A stretch of 64,000 bases of DNA from IMG/VR virus record IMGVR_UViG_3300030098_006570, positions 84,085 through 148,084 of that record. The stretch is one strand, 5' to 3'. Shown here piece by piece: positions 63,923 to 64,000 of this stretch. A model generated the notes under the pieces. That model was not told the DNA's origin and did no database searches. It saw nothing but the letters and a program-made list of their open reading frames with translations. This stretch comes from a virus. The position numbers and the translations under genes are program-made. Numbering within the stretch: the stretch's first letter is position 1; each line of letters starts with the position of its first letter.

Positions 63923-64000
63923 TTTACTGTCCTTAGTATTGAATGGAGGTTACGGGAGTAATATCCCAATAGCCGGAACCACGAACAACTACGTCACCAT

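Noticed and set aside
1-64000. Stop-codon recoding
   Set aside because: Code 11 gives dense full-length genes, and TAA, TAG and TGA all end recognisable genes

Overview
This window is a segment of a large tailed (myovirus-like) bacteriophage genome in the standard code. Nearly all genes lie on the - strand. In window order it contains: (1) 0-10 kb, baseplate genes (gp25-like wedge, a 1878-aa protein, a spike candidate, a GH24 lysozyme hub) and a gp55-type late sigma factor; (2) 10.5-23.6 kb, a 14-gene nonulosonic (pseudaminic/sialic-type) acid biosynthesis, tailoring and transfer cluster with two NeuB synthases and two CMP-synthetases; (3) 23.6-31.5 kb, a PD-(D/E)XK nuclease, PIN-PhoH, a cytidylyltransferase, tRNA-Asn, tRNA-Thr, a QueF-like protein lacking the catalytic Cys, and an 83-nt RNA that is only the tRNA-like domain of tmRNA; (4) 31.5-44.8 kb, late/virion-internal proteins sharing an N-terminal MKLxxENWRK motif, then a holin candidate, thioredoxin, ferredoxin, thioesterase, amidase and HNH; (5) 45-49.4 kb, the only + strand operon, yeaH-spoVR-prkA; (6) 51-52 kb, a mostly non-coding control region with repeats and twin operators; (7) 52-64 kb, an early region with a run of near-consensus sigma70 promoters, a MoxR/VWA pair, unannotated micro-ORFs (one ArfA-like) and an array of small SH3/KOW-like 'MKVGDLV' genes joined by a conserved dual-frame junction. 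All calls come from motif recognition by eye; no searches were run. Several starts were moved downstream of the ORF-track start.
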